Shown here: piece after piece, positions 1-12,896 of the stretch
Numbering within the stretch: position 1 is the first letter of the stretch
Layout of the letters: every line of letters starts with the position of its first letter
Source of the DNA: Marsupella aquatica
Taxonomy: Eukaryota > Plantae > Marchantiophyta
Assembly: GCA_973895155.1 (NCBI GenBank)
Contig: OZ316895.1
Coordinates: 13,760,225-13,824,224, forward strand
Direction of reading: 5' to 3'
DNA: 64,000 nt
The notes under the pieces: model-generated
Databases searched by the model: none
Seen by the model: only the letters and a program-made list of their open reading frames with translations
Told to the model about the DNA's origin: nothing
Made by a program: the position numbers and the translations under genes

Positions 1-247
1 GTACTTATCAAGCTGCATAAAATCTGCCAGTAGCACGGATCGACTCTGAAGCTAATTCAATTCAATTCAGGACTGGAATGGAAAGGAATGGAAAGGAATG
101 AGAAAGCGGCGAACTCCTCCTTATGGTTCATGCATATACTGTATACCTTTCCATAGAATGCAACTTAAATCCCATATCATCAATTCATGATCATTCTCTC
201 AAGTACTGCAGGGGATGATCGACAACAGGCAAGCCGGGCCCTCTTCT

Positions 248-1006
248 CTACAGCAATGCAGCACCGGAAGCAAACAGCATTGCGAGGAGCGCAAGGAGCT
301 TGCTGGCGGATTTCGTGATGGCATGATTTATCGTTGGCGTAGTTGTTTGAGAGCCGGTAGGGCCTACAGGGTTTGCAGGCACTGTCCCAGCAGGAGCAGC
401 AGTTGGTGGAACCTTGCTCAAAGGGATAGGAGCTGGAGCAGGCGATGGAAGGGAAGGAGGGACCGGAGAGAGAAGGGCAGAGACCTGCAAGACGCTATAA
501 ACGAACGGGACCTGGGTGATATTGCCCAAGATGGTCTCATTTCCGAAGGCGTCTGGGTACTCATGACCGACCAGGAATACTGTGCCATTGTTGTAAAGAG
601 TCACAAATCCCTGGCTTTCATTCGCCCGTCCGGTCGTCTGGAGAAGAGTTGTCACAGATGTGCCGTTTAGTGGGAGCTGCTGGAGCTGGGGAATGCCGTA
701 ATACCCAAGAAGTACGTGATACCGCAAGGTGTCGCCAACGATGCCTAGATTGGTGTATGCATTCGGAATGCCGCCGATATATCCACCCAACACAGCGTTG
801 TTCGGAGCAAGGATGGTAATGGTGCTCCGATTGTTGATTTCATCTGCTACCCCCGTCCTACTGAGCCAGTCATTGAGCTGTGAGTAGTCAGGATACGCCG
901 TTAAAATCTGGGTAATGTTGAATGGTACTGCTCCCTTCGAGAGACACACGCAGCTCAACAGAAGTGCAATCACCAAGCCCGATGAAGTAGCTCCTCCACG
1001 CGCCAT
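248..1006 (-). CDS. FLA: Fasciclin-like arabinogalactan protein (single FAS1 domain, likely GPI-anchored)
   Basis: 252-aa intronless ORF. It has a hydrophobic signal peptide, FAS1 motifs (TITILAPNN, LRYHVL, TTLLQTTG, YSVLQVS), a Pro/Ala/Ser/Thr-rich AGP region (SPAPAP, PTAAPAG) and a hydrophobic C-terminal tail. Confidence 0.93.
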   Translation of the reverse strand: MARGGATSSGLVIALLLSCVCLSKGAVPFNITQILTAYPDYSQLNDWLSRTGVADEINNRSTITILAPNNAVLGGYIGGIPNAYTNLGIVGDTLRYHVLLGYYGIPQLQQLPLNGTSVTTLLQTTGRANESQGFVTLYNNGTVFLVGHEYPDAFGNETILGNITQVPFVYSVLQVSALLSPVPPSLPSPAPAPIPLSKVPPTAAPAGTVPANPVGPTGSQTTTPTINHAITKSASKLLALLAMLFASGAALL

Positions 1007-2026
1007 CTGGGCAGACAGTTGATTCCCTTGTCCACGCTCTTGACAAGCTAGCTACACACTCGTGGTGGAGCTCAGAGAGGGGAAAACTTTCTGAAGAACA
1101 TCAAGTACTACTACTGTCCTGCTGCTATCAAAGAGCTAGCACCACTTCACACACACAGACACACAATGTGCACGCCAGACTGCTGCTTCGATTCTGGTAC
1201 GTTTGAATGGTGTTTCACACTCAATAGCTGTAGAATGGGAGAGCAATGAGCTGGGCACTGTGCAGTGTGGCCGCCCAGCGAGAGGTAGGTATTTGCTGAA
1301 GACCAGACCGGAATGAGAGAGCTAGCGATGACGATGATAAAGAGAACAGAAATGAGACTGTCGCCAACAGCTGCTCTTGCAGCAGATGGTTGCTGCCACT
1401 GGTTGATGAGCTAGCTGCAGATCGTCAGAGCCCAGTTCTTTAATCCTAGGCAAAAAGAGCACAGTTAACGATTGACAATGAGCTCTACGTATCTGTTGGC
1501 GTGCTGGCCATCGATCCCCAGATAATAATGCGGCCACTCTACAGCTAAAGCACTTTCCATCGGAGTTACTCGCTCTCTTTTCAGCGGTAGATGGACATCA
1601 CGTTCTAGTTACAGATGAGCATGGCGGTCGATCGAGTGAAATGAAATTGTTGTTCATGTCCGGGGGGAGTAGAATTATTCAGATAGTGACCTGAGCTAGT
1701 ACGTGTCTGTCAGCTGCATGCAAGCTGGTACCAGCTTCAATCTATGCTGGCTGTGGGGCTCGCTGAGGGGGCGGTAGTGGCCAATTTCTGACAGGGATCC
1801 GAACTGAGCTGGTGGCGGACGCACTTCTTTCTGAAAGCCCAGCATAAATTATTCGTTTGATCTGACTGGGGCGCACCTTATTCCTCTCCATCGCCATGGA
1901 GTGCTAAAATCAGTCAATGAAAGCAATCTACGGGCTGAAAGTGCCAAGCTAGAAAGAGAGGAAGCTCCCTTTCTCCCTTTCTTCTTATTAGGCTTAGCTA
2001 TGACTATGCCCACCTACAGATTAGGA

Positions 2027-2160
2027 GTCAGTCGTGTCTTGCTAGTACTAACAGTGCCAACCATATAAACCAATAATTCCCAATCCAAAGCTTAGGGGTC
2101 AGTCTTGCCTTGCTGGTACTAACCGTGCCAACCATATAACCAATAATTTGCAATCCAAAG
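2027..2160. repeat. ~70-bp tandem duplication
   Basis: gtcagtc..tcttgct.gtactaac.gtgccaaccatataa.ccaataatt..caatccaaag occurs twice in direct orientation. Confidence 0.7.
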
Positions 2161-5100
2161 GTGCACTCTATTGTGAAGCCTCTAGACTCTTACTGGGAGT
2201 CGAGGCTCTAGATACTGATTCTGGGGTCTTACTAGTACTAATTGTGACAAGCATGTCTGACTTACTAATAATTTGCTCTTACTATACTAATAGTGACAAG
2301 CATATCTTAGTTACTAATAATTTGCTAAGGGAAGTTACTTTTAAGGTCTAGAGTGAAACCTCTAGACCCTGACTCTACTCTAATTCACAAAAGATAGGGG
2401 AAAGATGAACCAAAAAAGCAAGGAATCTTTTTTTTGTGCGATGTACGTTTCTGTAGTCATGTCTCTCTTTCCGTTCCTTAAGGAAAGGGTAGTCAAGGCT
2501 AGTAACCAATAATCCACAATCCAAAGATACATTTTAGGGTGAAGCCCTCTAACTAGTGACTCTGTGGTGATGTCAAGTTTTGCGGTATTAGCCGTTGTCA
2601 AGTCTGGCCCGGAGGTCCTCATGTCCAACTTGTCATGTTCACTGCCATAAAAGGGGCAGGTTACCATGACCCTCTCCATTCTAAATAGCCATAGAAGTGG
2701 CAGGTTGTTGTGACCCGCGTTTTGTAGTGGCTAAAATTTGCCAAATTCCATCTCCCCAAAAAAGCTTTAGCCATTTTTGGCAAAAATGTGCTAGGATTTT
2801 TTTGTCTCATTAGCCAATGTTCCATCTAATCACAGGTCCCATTAGCCAGAATCTAACAGTCATCCTTAAATCTAGGAAGATGTGATGGTCAGAAAAATAA
2901 TAAATAAGTTATACTTTGAGCATCTTCTCCTTCACACACTGGACATTTGCCACTGGGTAGAAAAGTAAAAACCTTAAAAAATACACTGGTTGTAACCCTT
3001 TCCTGTCATTGTACTTTGTTTCTTCCTCATTTATAAATTTATGTGATACCTTTTTACTTTCCATGCAACTAACTAATAGGGAAAATGAGGTCATTTTATG
3101 GGTTGTAAGAGAAGACTTTAATTTTTGTAAAAGAACAGTAAGGTCTTATAAATAATTCTAAACTGTCTAAGAAAAGGTAGTGCTTTTCCATATTCCAAAT
3201 TAATAGGGGTAAAGCAACTTCAATTTTTTTCCATAAGTCTTACTTAGGGTGTCCCAGCCTACATAACATCGATGGGATAGACAAATTTCCCCATGCGTCA
3301 AGCACCTGTCCCGCCCAGGGTCCCGCCTAGTATCACATTCATTAAAAAATGTTATTTGTGGTTGGCATGTTGAGTGCACTTGTCAAAGCAACTGCAAAGA
3401 CATTCAAGCAAAAGTGAGAGGGACAATGCTCATCATGGATTGGCCTTGGCAGGCTGTGTCCCACCAGCTTGTGGAGTGCAAGACTGCTGATATCCTCACA
3501 GATATCACGAGGAGAAAATGTGGGGCGTGAAGTTGGGGTGTGCAGACCGGGGCATAGATCGGGAGGGGGGGGGGGGGGAACTGGCCCCGCGGGCTTGTCC
3601 CGTTACACTCACTCCTGGCTGGGTCCAATAGAGGACTTATGGGAGTCTCTTAGCTGTAATTTGGACTATAAATGTAAACAATTGAAAGATATATACAGTC
3701 CATGAGTTTGGTGAGTTTTAATCTCACTTTCTAGCAGTTGAGCATAATTGTCATTGTCACTCTACTAAGTACGGTGTTCAATGCTTATAGTGTGCCAACA
3801 CTTATTTGGTGACCATCTAAAAATTCAAGTACACACATTTTGGTGTGGCATGCTGACCCTCCAAAAATTCAAGTACACAAGTCTAATACACTTTATTTAT
3901 TTCATATGCAACACGAATAATTAAGTTAAAAATGATGAGTCTTCAATGATACTAGGTTAAGGTTCAAACTGAGGCTAATTACAATACTGCCCCCCATTCT
4001 AATTTAATTGTTGTACTGCCCCCCAAACAGTTATATTAGACACTCATTAAAATAGAGATGCTATTGATATTTGTTGAAGATGCATACTTAGCGCAATATC
4101 AACAATTTCAAAGGTGTCTTAGTTACTGAGTGAATTAATCCTCACCATTCAGAATTGGAACTCTGGCTTGTTTTTCAAATATGTGGTGTCTCATCAACGA
4201 CTAGCAAAAGGGATGGTGCCTATTTGTTTCATATCTAATTTAAATCGAATGAAATCTCGTGATCTATGATAGAATCTTGACAGAATCTCCACCCTATAAC
4301 ATGCAATCCTGCCCATCCTTCTCCATCATCTGTACAATTTACAGAAAGCAGGAATGGCGGGAATGAATTGTGGCCATTTCCTACTTATGAGACCTTTTTT
4401 GTGACCATTGAATTCACCAAAAAGTAACCTGCAGAACTGCCCTGCATCATCACCATACCCCTTGACGTTGCAACCTTGACAGTGACCATCCCTCGGACAA
4501 TCGCAACCCTCCATTGTATGGGGGTGAGGAGCTAGGTAGAGGAAGGAGAGGCTGAATGGGGAGTGGCCTTCTCTCTCCCCCAATGCCGAACATGGGACTG
4601 ATCCTGGACCTTGCAACCGCCGTTGCCAGTTTTGCCTGCCTCTATCCAAAGCACTTCCTTGCTTCACCTACACTTCTTTGCCCCATCTCTACATATTCTC
4701 TGCAACACATGGGCATTGGGCTCGTGGTGGTATACACAGAAGAGATCACCTCTGAAAAATGTTCCTTGAGCACCTTTCTAAAAAATGCTGGAAGTACTGT
4801 AGGTAATCTTGCAAAAATTAGTTGTGGCCATGAGATAGAACTAAGTAAAAATTAAAGTGTAAACCACAAACAGTGTCGTGTGATATAGCCATGGTGTCAC
4901 ATGGTACTGGGGGCAAGAGTGCAGCAGATAGTGTCAGTGAAAGGCACACTGTCGTCCTGCATGTGCCCCTGGTGATGAATTGCGTGAAGTTAGGCATTTA
5001 TGTACTAGGAGCCCTACAAATATGATGGCCCACTACTGCAGATCTGTCACTCCAGGTAAACGATTTCCCATCACCAGGTGCAGCCCGGATAGAGCCTTAC

Positions 5101-7983
5101 GATATATTCCCTCCACCCCAAAATCCCCACATACGAGCAAGGTTACTCGGAGAGCATTATTTTCTAGAAGGGCTGCATTTGACACCTAAATTTTTACATT
5201 ACAATAACCTTTGGTGTTCTTTAAAAGTCTGTACCTTTCATACTAATCAACACCATTTTATGTTGGATGTGGGATCGTGGTTTGGCCTCGCTCAGATATT
5301 GCGTTTTTCCTGGTCAGTAAAATATTTGTTGAGAAAAAAAGTAAGAATGTTACCTATTTTGCGAGTGGGTTTTTATAATCGAAATTTGTAGGGTTCATAA
5401 AATTGTATTTTTTTGTGGTATTGTTCATCCTATGAAGTGAGAGAGGGAGTAGAATCCGTGAGGACATTGCTTTAGTCTAGTCCCTATCTAGTATTCTTCA
5501 TTTTTCACTTTTCCTCCTTGGGGTTAGTGCTGGGGTATTTTGGGTTGTCAGGTCCTTGTTGTCCCCCTTAGCCGCACTGACTTATCAGCATATTATACTC
5601 TAAGAATGTAGAAAAAATAAATTATGCTTTCGATATCAACGCACTGGCCAGAACATTTGCAATAATTGAATATCCATGTACATGCACGTAGCCAAGACAA
5701 TGTTAATTCATAGGTGGTGAATGGTTGCGTCTAGGGGTCAAAGGTGTGCATAATCAGTAGTTGATTGATTGCCCGTCGATTCCCTTTAAGGTATCCCATC
5801 TAGGACTAGTCTGACAGCACGCACATTTTCTTTATCAACCATAGGACGATGTAAAATACTTAATTATGTAGTGGATGATGCAAATAGTCGTACATGTAGT
5901 TGACAGAATTTTTATTAAGCTATGAATATAAATGGGTAAGCGAGCTGCAGATTGTTTTCGAGGGAGACTCCACCCTCAAGTACATACTACTCCCTTCCAA
6001 AAGTTTAGCTCACCCAATGGTCATCAAACTGAACTACTTGAGAGGATACAATCTTCGCAGATTTGACATTTTTTTTCTTGCTTTACGTACAGTTCCACGA
6101 ATTGTGAAAAGTTGTACATAGGTGGGGCAGGAAGCCTGGAAATTTAAGTGGAGAGCAGTGACAGGGCATTGAAACCCTAGTGCAAGGAGGTGACATTGAA
6201 TATGTTATCATAATTGTTACGGTTTAAAAACTGGTTACATCAGACAAAGATTGATCACAGGTTCAGCCAATCTGTGAAGAGATTGGAAAGCAGAATAGGC
6301 CATCCACTGAGCAAATTTGGGTGAGCTTAGACGACAAGGAGGTGGGTAGGTTGTGAAGGATGAGGTCATGATTTCAAGGCGAGTTTCAAGGATGTCTCAA
6401 ATGTCAACTCGTAAGGAGGCTGCACAAAGAAAGAACTACTGTAGGGACTCAACTGGAGCAAGAAGAAAGAAATGTCTTTCAAAATGTAGTCAAGAATGTG
6501 GATGATGATCAGGGAGCAGATTTGGAGGAAGGTGATGATGTGCCAAAGAGGAGGCAATCGCCTTGTCTCAGGCTAGGGATTGCAGGAAAGCATGAACATT
6601 GGAAGTCTCACAAATTGCTAGGACTGTAGCATGGAAACCCAACCATCCTGGTCTACTTTGGCATAAGTTGCCTCGTATTGTGTGCACTCAGAGTACTAAG
6701 TGGGGTGAATTTTGTTGTCCACCTCAGACTCTGTTATATGGTTGGTAAATATTTGGCTTATGTAGTTTAATGGATATAATGATAAACTTGAAACTCTGCC
6801 ACTCACTTGCACTTTTGACTATGGTGACTTAAGTTCATGACGTATCCAAAACACTTTCAGAACAAAGTTAACATGTTTCTCAAAAAATTGAAATAACACT
6901 GCTCAATTAATGTAAGCCAGAGCTCAACGAATGCCACAGTAACAAATTATAACCTATATTAACTGTTAGCGTAAATATGTTGCTGTCAAGGATATGTGAG
7001 CCATATTCAGACAGATCCTGCTGTGCAAACTGTGTTTGCAGCAATTCACATTCATTCACATCACATCACACATAGTATAAATCCATTGTGTGGTGGTCAC
7101 AATCAATCGTAGACCCTGCTGTTTTGTCATGGCCTTTTATAGTCCTCCCTGCTCATGCAAACTGACCATAAAAATGCCTTGATGTTCCACCTGAGAACCT
7201 TAAGTTTATATGGGGACATTACTCTGAAGGGGAATTATAGTAAGCACTGAAGTGGGAGTAAACTGTTCAGGGGCATAAGCACTGGAGGGGTAACCAGGGG
7301 CATTTGCAGATGTAACTGAATTTACTGAACTATTTGAAGGCAAAAATCACTCAGGCATGCAGGCTCATATACCATGATCAATGAAACTTGTTTACAAGCT
7401 AGCAAAGTTTTAAAAATTTCAAGCAGAACCGCGCATAGAGCAAGACCAGAAAAATGGTTAGCTTCGCAGGTGGGCAAAACCCCCACTTTAGATGTTTTGT
7501 ATAACAAGTATTACAAGTGGTTGTGGCACATAGTATATGTTAAACTTGCCAAGACAATTTGGACCAAACCAAGAGCTAGGACTCAGAATACAACTGTCAG
7601 GTCATAAATTGAACTTGTGACTTGCTACCGTCACAAGTCACCACTTTGGCTTAAGGTGGTTTCACAAGACACTGGTTGCCCATTATTCCTGTTTGTTCCC
7701 TTTCAGATTAAATCTGGACCGTATGGTGAGTGGAAAGAGCTGCAGAAGGCTTTGCAACAACTTAGGGCCCATTCTGGTATGGTGTCAACTGATTCAACAT
7801 GGCAAGCAATGGGCCGAAAGAGTCATCCAAACATGAAGTCTATCTTTAGAAGAAGCAGTGGCCCTCGACTTTGATTTGTTTGCTGAAAAAAAGTCACTAG
7901 TGACCCCAACTTCTTGTAAAGCCACCCTTACCACCAGGTAGTGAGCAAAGCTTTTCATGTGTGGGGCTGAGGCTTTAAACCAT

Positions 7984-8140
7984 CACTAGCCATGACAAAA
8001 CCTGGATACACCATGTTTCACCATAAATAGTACCATGTTCTTGAAATTGTGGAGCACAATGGCACTGGGAGAGGAGAGAAGAATGATGGAATGTGAAAAA
8101 GTGAGAATTCTTGGACACTTGCGTTTTATTATGGCTAGTG
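7984..8140. mobile_element. 157-bp MITE-like element with CACTAG termini
   Basis: Left end cactagccatgacaaaac matches the reverse complement of the right end, cactagccataataaaac (16/18). Flanks are accat and gccat. Confidence 0.5.
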
Positions 8141-8589
8141 GCCATTTAAGAAAGAACAAAGGAACGAGAATGCAGAAGAGAATATAGAGTTATGAACCTT
8201 TCACCAGCACGTGGGTTTTGCGAGCAGTAAGAAAGACAAACCAGCAAACCCATCAGCACACCAATCTGGAAGCGGAGTATCCAATCCAGTGGAGTTTTCA
8301 AGGTGAATCCATGATGCCGGATGCAGTAGACGAGGCCAACTACTGTAGTGGGCAAAGAATTATAGAATCGGGATCGCGTGCACGGGCTCGTAGAACGGAT
8401 TCCTTCAGCCTTTCCTACATAAAGTTTAATTCCTTGCCATCAACCCCGCCATAGGTGCGACAACCGGTCGATTGGAACGAGCAGCTGGGGAAATCGGCTG
8501 CAAAATTGCAATGGAGAAAGTTACATATAGTGGAGAGTAGCATTCTGCTGAAGGTCTTTTTGGAAGAGGATTGGCTTGCTTTGGGTTAG

Positions 8590-11500
8590 ATGGAGGCCAT
8601 TGTGAATGTGAAATTCACGAGGGTTTTGGCAAGTTCTGTGCCTGGACGACTGCATCAAAAGCATGCGGTGAAGAATTATGGCTCTCTTACTTGGCTTTTC
8701 CATAGTAACGATCGTTGCTTCTGCCTCCCGGAGAAGCGTGAAGTGGGTTTTCAATATGCTTCTAGAGAAGTAGCAGTCATAGCATTACAAAGAAATTGCG
8801 GGGGCAGAAACGTCAGTGCTAAGTCAACCAGCTTCGAGACTAGACCACGGGACCACGGGAGAGCAAATACGGCAGCAGAGATACCGATAGTTCCCCAGAG
8901 CACGCAAAGAGCAAGAGTTGGCAAGGGGAGCTTGAAACTAGGAGGCCTAGCAGGTGATCAGGATTCCCCAAGTGCACCGAATTACAGAGGAGTGCACCGA
9001 TTCCCCAAGGATACAAGGTTCGAGGTGACGTTTTCTGAGGTCCGCATGCAACCATACATCTTCGAAATTATGCAAATAGGGTAAAAAGAAAGTAAAAGAA
9101 AGTGGTTGTTTTGAAAAGGCAGTCTCAATTTCGTAGCGAATGGCACCTCGAAGCTCGGAAATGATATTAAGCGGAAATCGAAGATGTGCGTATCAAAGAA
9201 CGTTAGAAATTACGTCGTTAGAAAAGGAATTTCGAAGGTTGTAGGATTCCTATGGAAAATCATGAAATGGGCCATATTCACTCAGTCCCAAAAGGGTGTC
9301 GACTCCTATTAAGACTATGAGTAGCTCTTACCCTGAGGTTATCCCTATTGAACTTACAGACCATGATGCTAAGAAATGAATTGGTTCAACAGGGAAAGAG
9401 GTGCGATTCATACGAGGAAAATAGAAAAGCAACTGGAGGATCTTCTGTCTCTTGGGCAAGACTAGCTGGAGCTCGTTGTCCTCTTACAACGTACGAGGAG
9501 CATTCTCTGTCAGCAGATGTACAGGTACCTATCATGTTCAATGGGCAGAATGTATTCGATTGTTTATCATAATTTCATTTATCTTTTAGGCTGTGCTTGG
9601 AGCTACATAGCAATCATTAGCAGCAGTGGAGCTACAAATTGTGCAGGGTCGTCGTAAGTCACCTTAAGTAGAATTGAAAATTGCTGAATGAAACTACACC
9701 TGACATCCGCCTGCCACACAAACAATCAAACTTTTTCTGTCTTGGATGAACCTGACACATCTGCATGTGTAACATTCAGGATATGCTATCTCTTGAAAGT
9801 CAGAAGAAAGACTTGGCAAAAATCCTTGGACGAGAGCCAACAGTAGACGAATGGGCAGGTCACTGTACGACCTCCATCTTCAAGCTCTATGCACGGTACG
9901 CTCCTACTGTTTAGTCATTTTCACTCGTAATTCTTACACAGCAGAGAAGTGCAACATAGTGGATGGCAGATTCAAAGACAGGTTATCCCGATCATTGGTG
10001 TAGCCACTGAACAAGGTTGCAAACAGTAAGAACGATTGAATTTAAAGTCTATGGATCCGCAATTGGGAAGCAAGGGCACAATGGATGCCTTATGTACACA
10101 GTGCCTTGAATCAAGTACTGGTCCAATAATTTGAATAAGTGTGCTTGCTATACTCTAGTAAACAAGGTGCTTATCTCAAGGTTGCTATGGGCATCGCAAA
10201 TGTAGGATTGGGAAGGGGCGAGCAGCAAAGAGAAAAATGATTGCGGCAAATTTACCTCTCGTGAATTCCGTAGCTCAACAGTTCCATGGTAGAGGGCTTT
10301 CTCATTGGGAATTGTGCCAGGTCCGTTTCTCTCCTTGGTGTATGGAACAATGGAACTGAAGTATCGTTTACTCCACTTATACCTGTTTCTGCCATGTGGC
10401 TCCAAATTTTATGGACAACTTACATCGCAGTTAATTGGTTTCAAACCGTAGGAAAGCTTGAATCTCGTGGGAATTCTTGGGATGACTATGTTGTCACGAC
10501 ATGTACAGGAGGGGGTAAAGGGTCTTGAAAGGAGTGCCGAAAAGTACAACACTTCTCACAATACAAAGTTCTCAAGCTATTCTTTTCACTGGATTTGGGA
10601 GGTATATTTCATCCAATTAGTGTCAAAAAAATTAAATAGCTGGCTAGAATTTGCACCGTTGCATCTCTACAATATGCTTATTATTTCTCTCATGATTGTA
10701 GTGGTGATGGCTCGTCTTGCAGAGAATGTCTGCAGGTGTGAAAAAGTTTCGACATGTGCTAAGAATTAGTAGAACAGTATATGAAATGGCTGCAATTATC
10801 CTTAAATCAAAAGAAGTGAGTGGACATAGACGTCACGACTTCCTCTCTATGGTTTGCTGGCTCCTGTGCTGTCGAGGAAGAAGCTGTACAGTGATGGAAA
10901 GCTTAAACTATTGCTTTGTCGTGGATCTGTAGCTATTGATTGATATCTTCTGGGCCTTTTCTATTATTGCATACTGTTGAACGTAGTCAATTTGAAGATT
11001 AGAAACCCTTCCATTGTCTATTCTATCCTTGGATGACAGGAGTTTCAAATATTGCATGGGAGGCCACCGTCTCTAGATGAATTGGCCGAATTGTCTCGGA
11101 TGGACGCAGATAAGGTATGTCCAGAGTATGTCTAAAGTTGAAAATACTTTAAAGGCTCGCCTATTACTGAAGTCAATACGTCTTTCCTACCGACATGTGA
11201 AAATCTAGAATCTCTGTACATATCGAAGTTTTAAGTCTTGTTCCTGTCGTAAGAGCTCAAGCTTCTCATTCCCATAAAATGAGGTTGTATCAGAAATTTG
11301 ATCTGTACATCTGTAACTTCGTTCATATATTCCATTTTCTCTTCTTGTGATCTAGTCCAACTTTCGAGTCACAAGTCCTCCAGTTGGAAATGCTGTCAAT
11401 GCGCAACGGGTCTGATTGCCATCATGTTCTGAATATTCATTATCCGCTTCTACACGTTGCACTCAGGACTGGATTTCTAATTACGTCCGGTACCATTCAC

Positions 11501-12896
11501 TCGTGAACTGATTGGCCCGCTTGTAGCTGTTTTTGGGGAGATCATGGGCATTTAAGGGCGATTCTGCTAATAAATGCAGAACTATGTGGTCCAATAGTGA
11601 AAGATTGTTGATCTCCGTTCTGGATATCTAGCATTATGTTCTGACACGAGCATGCATATCTGTGTAGATACTGAATGTAGCACGACTTGTCAAACCCGTG
11701 AAGTCCATGGATGAAGCTGTCTCCACACTTGAAAATGATTACAAGAAACAAGTCGAAGATCAAAGCCTGGGTCGTGTTCCATGGGCCGTAAGTGAACTTC
11801 TAAGATTCCCTTTGCGCAGAGCACAGTCCGTTGGTGACAGCCAGAATTTGGCAAGCTTCACAAGGACAAATCTATTCGCATCTATTTGTCAAGAAATTTG
11901 ATTTGGATGGGTCTTTATCCTGTTGTAGATGGGAGAGTAAAGGACACTGCAGGCAGCATGACGAGCATTTTTCCATGTTTAATCTTTGTTCATCACTCTG
12001 TCTTTGCTGATTGTTCCATCTTTGGCCTGGGATGGCAGCAAATTATGGAATCTGAATTGAAGACAGAGGTTGCCAAGGCACTTCAATCTCTCACATCTCG
12101 TGAACAAATGGTAAGAGATTCATTAGTACTTGAAGGTTGAGTGAAAAAAATATCTGTTCCACGTGTTTGTTGAATGCAGTAATACTAGTTCAGGTTGAGA
12201 TTGATCCAGAAGTGTACTGTTCTCACAGGTTTTGGAGATGCGGTATGGACTATGTGGAGGGCCTCCCAAAGGAAGAGCCCAGGTATATCTTTGGCGTTTG
12301 AAACATGTCCAAGTTTGGGAGCACTTTGCAGAATGAGCTGTAAAATCCACGCTAGATACCTCGGTGACTAGGACAGACATTTGTACCAATGTAATGGAAT
12401 GTACATCTAAGGTCTTTCTTGTCTGTAGCGATGCTTGACTTAACGAGATAACATTCTGAAGCTAATGATGGTTTCACCTTGTTCCCCTGAGTAATATCAC
12501 CAGTGTCGACCTTCTAGTCTGTTCTCTGAAAATTGTGAATACCCTTCTTATCCGCAGGGTTGTTGCTTATGATGGTTTCGGGGCTTGTGTAGGTGGCACT
12601 AGCATTGGATTTGACATACGAGAGCATCCGCCTTATAGAGGTTGGGACAAGAACCCTCTGCTCCCTCTGTTTGATCTAGTTACTTTTGTTCAGAAGTCAA
12701 AGGCCTCGGTCAAATCATGGTTTTTCTGTAGACCTCGTTTATTGTTTGCATTCCTCGGATCCTTGTCTCAAATTGGGCTTACAGTACCTAACTTCAATTG
12801 CTTGTCTTCCAGAAACGAGCACTTAACAAGCTTCGATATATATCGAAGGAAGATGGACTCCAACAGTATCTTTCAGGAAGTATGTGGGTCCAATGA
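8590..12896 (+). CDS. SIG: Nuclear-encoded plastid RNA polymerase sigma70-type factor, divergent (SIGX-like?), 14 exons, ~514 aa
   Basis: Phase-consistent GT-AG exons: 8590-9017, 9123-9237, 9393-9524, 9780-9858, 9945-9981, 10206-10320, 10509-10601, 10723-10815, 11040-11114, 11668-11787, 12039-12110, 12229-12282, 12593-12640, 12813-12896. They encode a transit-peptide-like N-terminus, region 1.2 (PLTTYEEHSLSADVQ), LGREPTVDEWA, region 2 (MIAANLPLVNSVAQQFHGRGL; QEGVKGLERSAEKY; KFSSYSFHWI), region 3 (GRPPSLDELAE) and region 4 (LTSREQMVLEMRYGL; IRLIEKRALNKLR). Boundaries of the first two exons are less certain. Confidence 0.9.

Noticed and set aside
215-670. 151-aa plus-strand ORF
   Set aside because: Antisense shadow of the FLA gene with no protein-like features.
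7300-7874. Exon-like stretch IKSGPYGEWKELQKALQQLRAH after a good acceptor
   Set aside because: No recognisable family and no consistent upstream exon. Probably a decayed gene or TE fragment.
8590-12896. Sigma factor as bacterial contamination or recent HGT
   Set aside because: Thirteen spliceosomal introns and a transit-peptide-like N-terminus indicate a resident nuclear gene.
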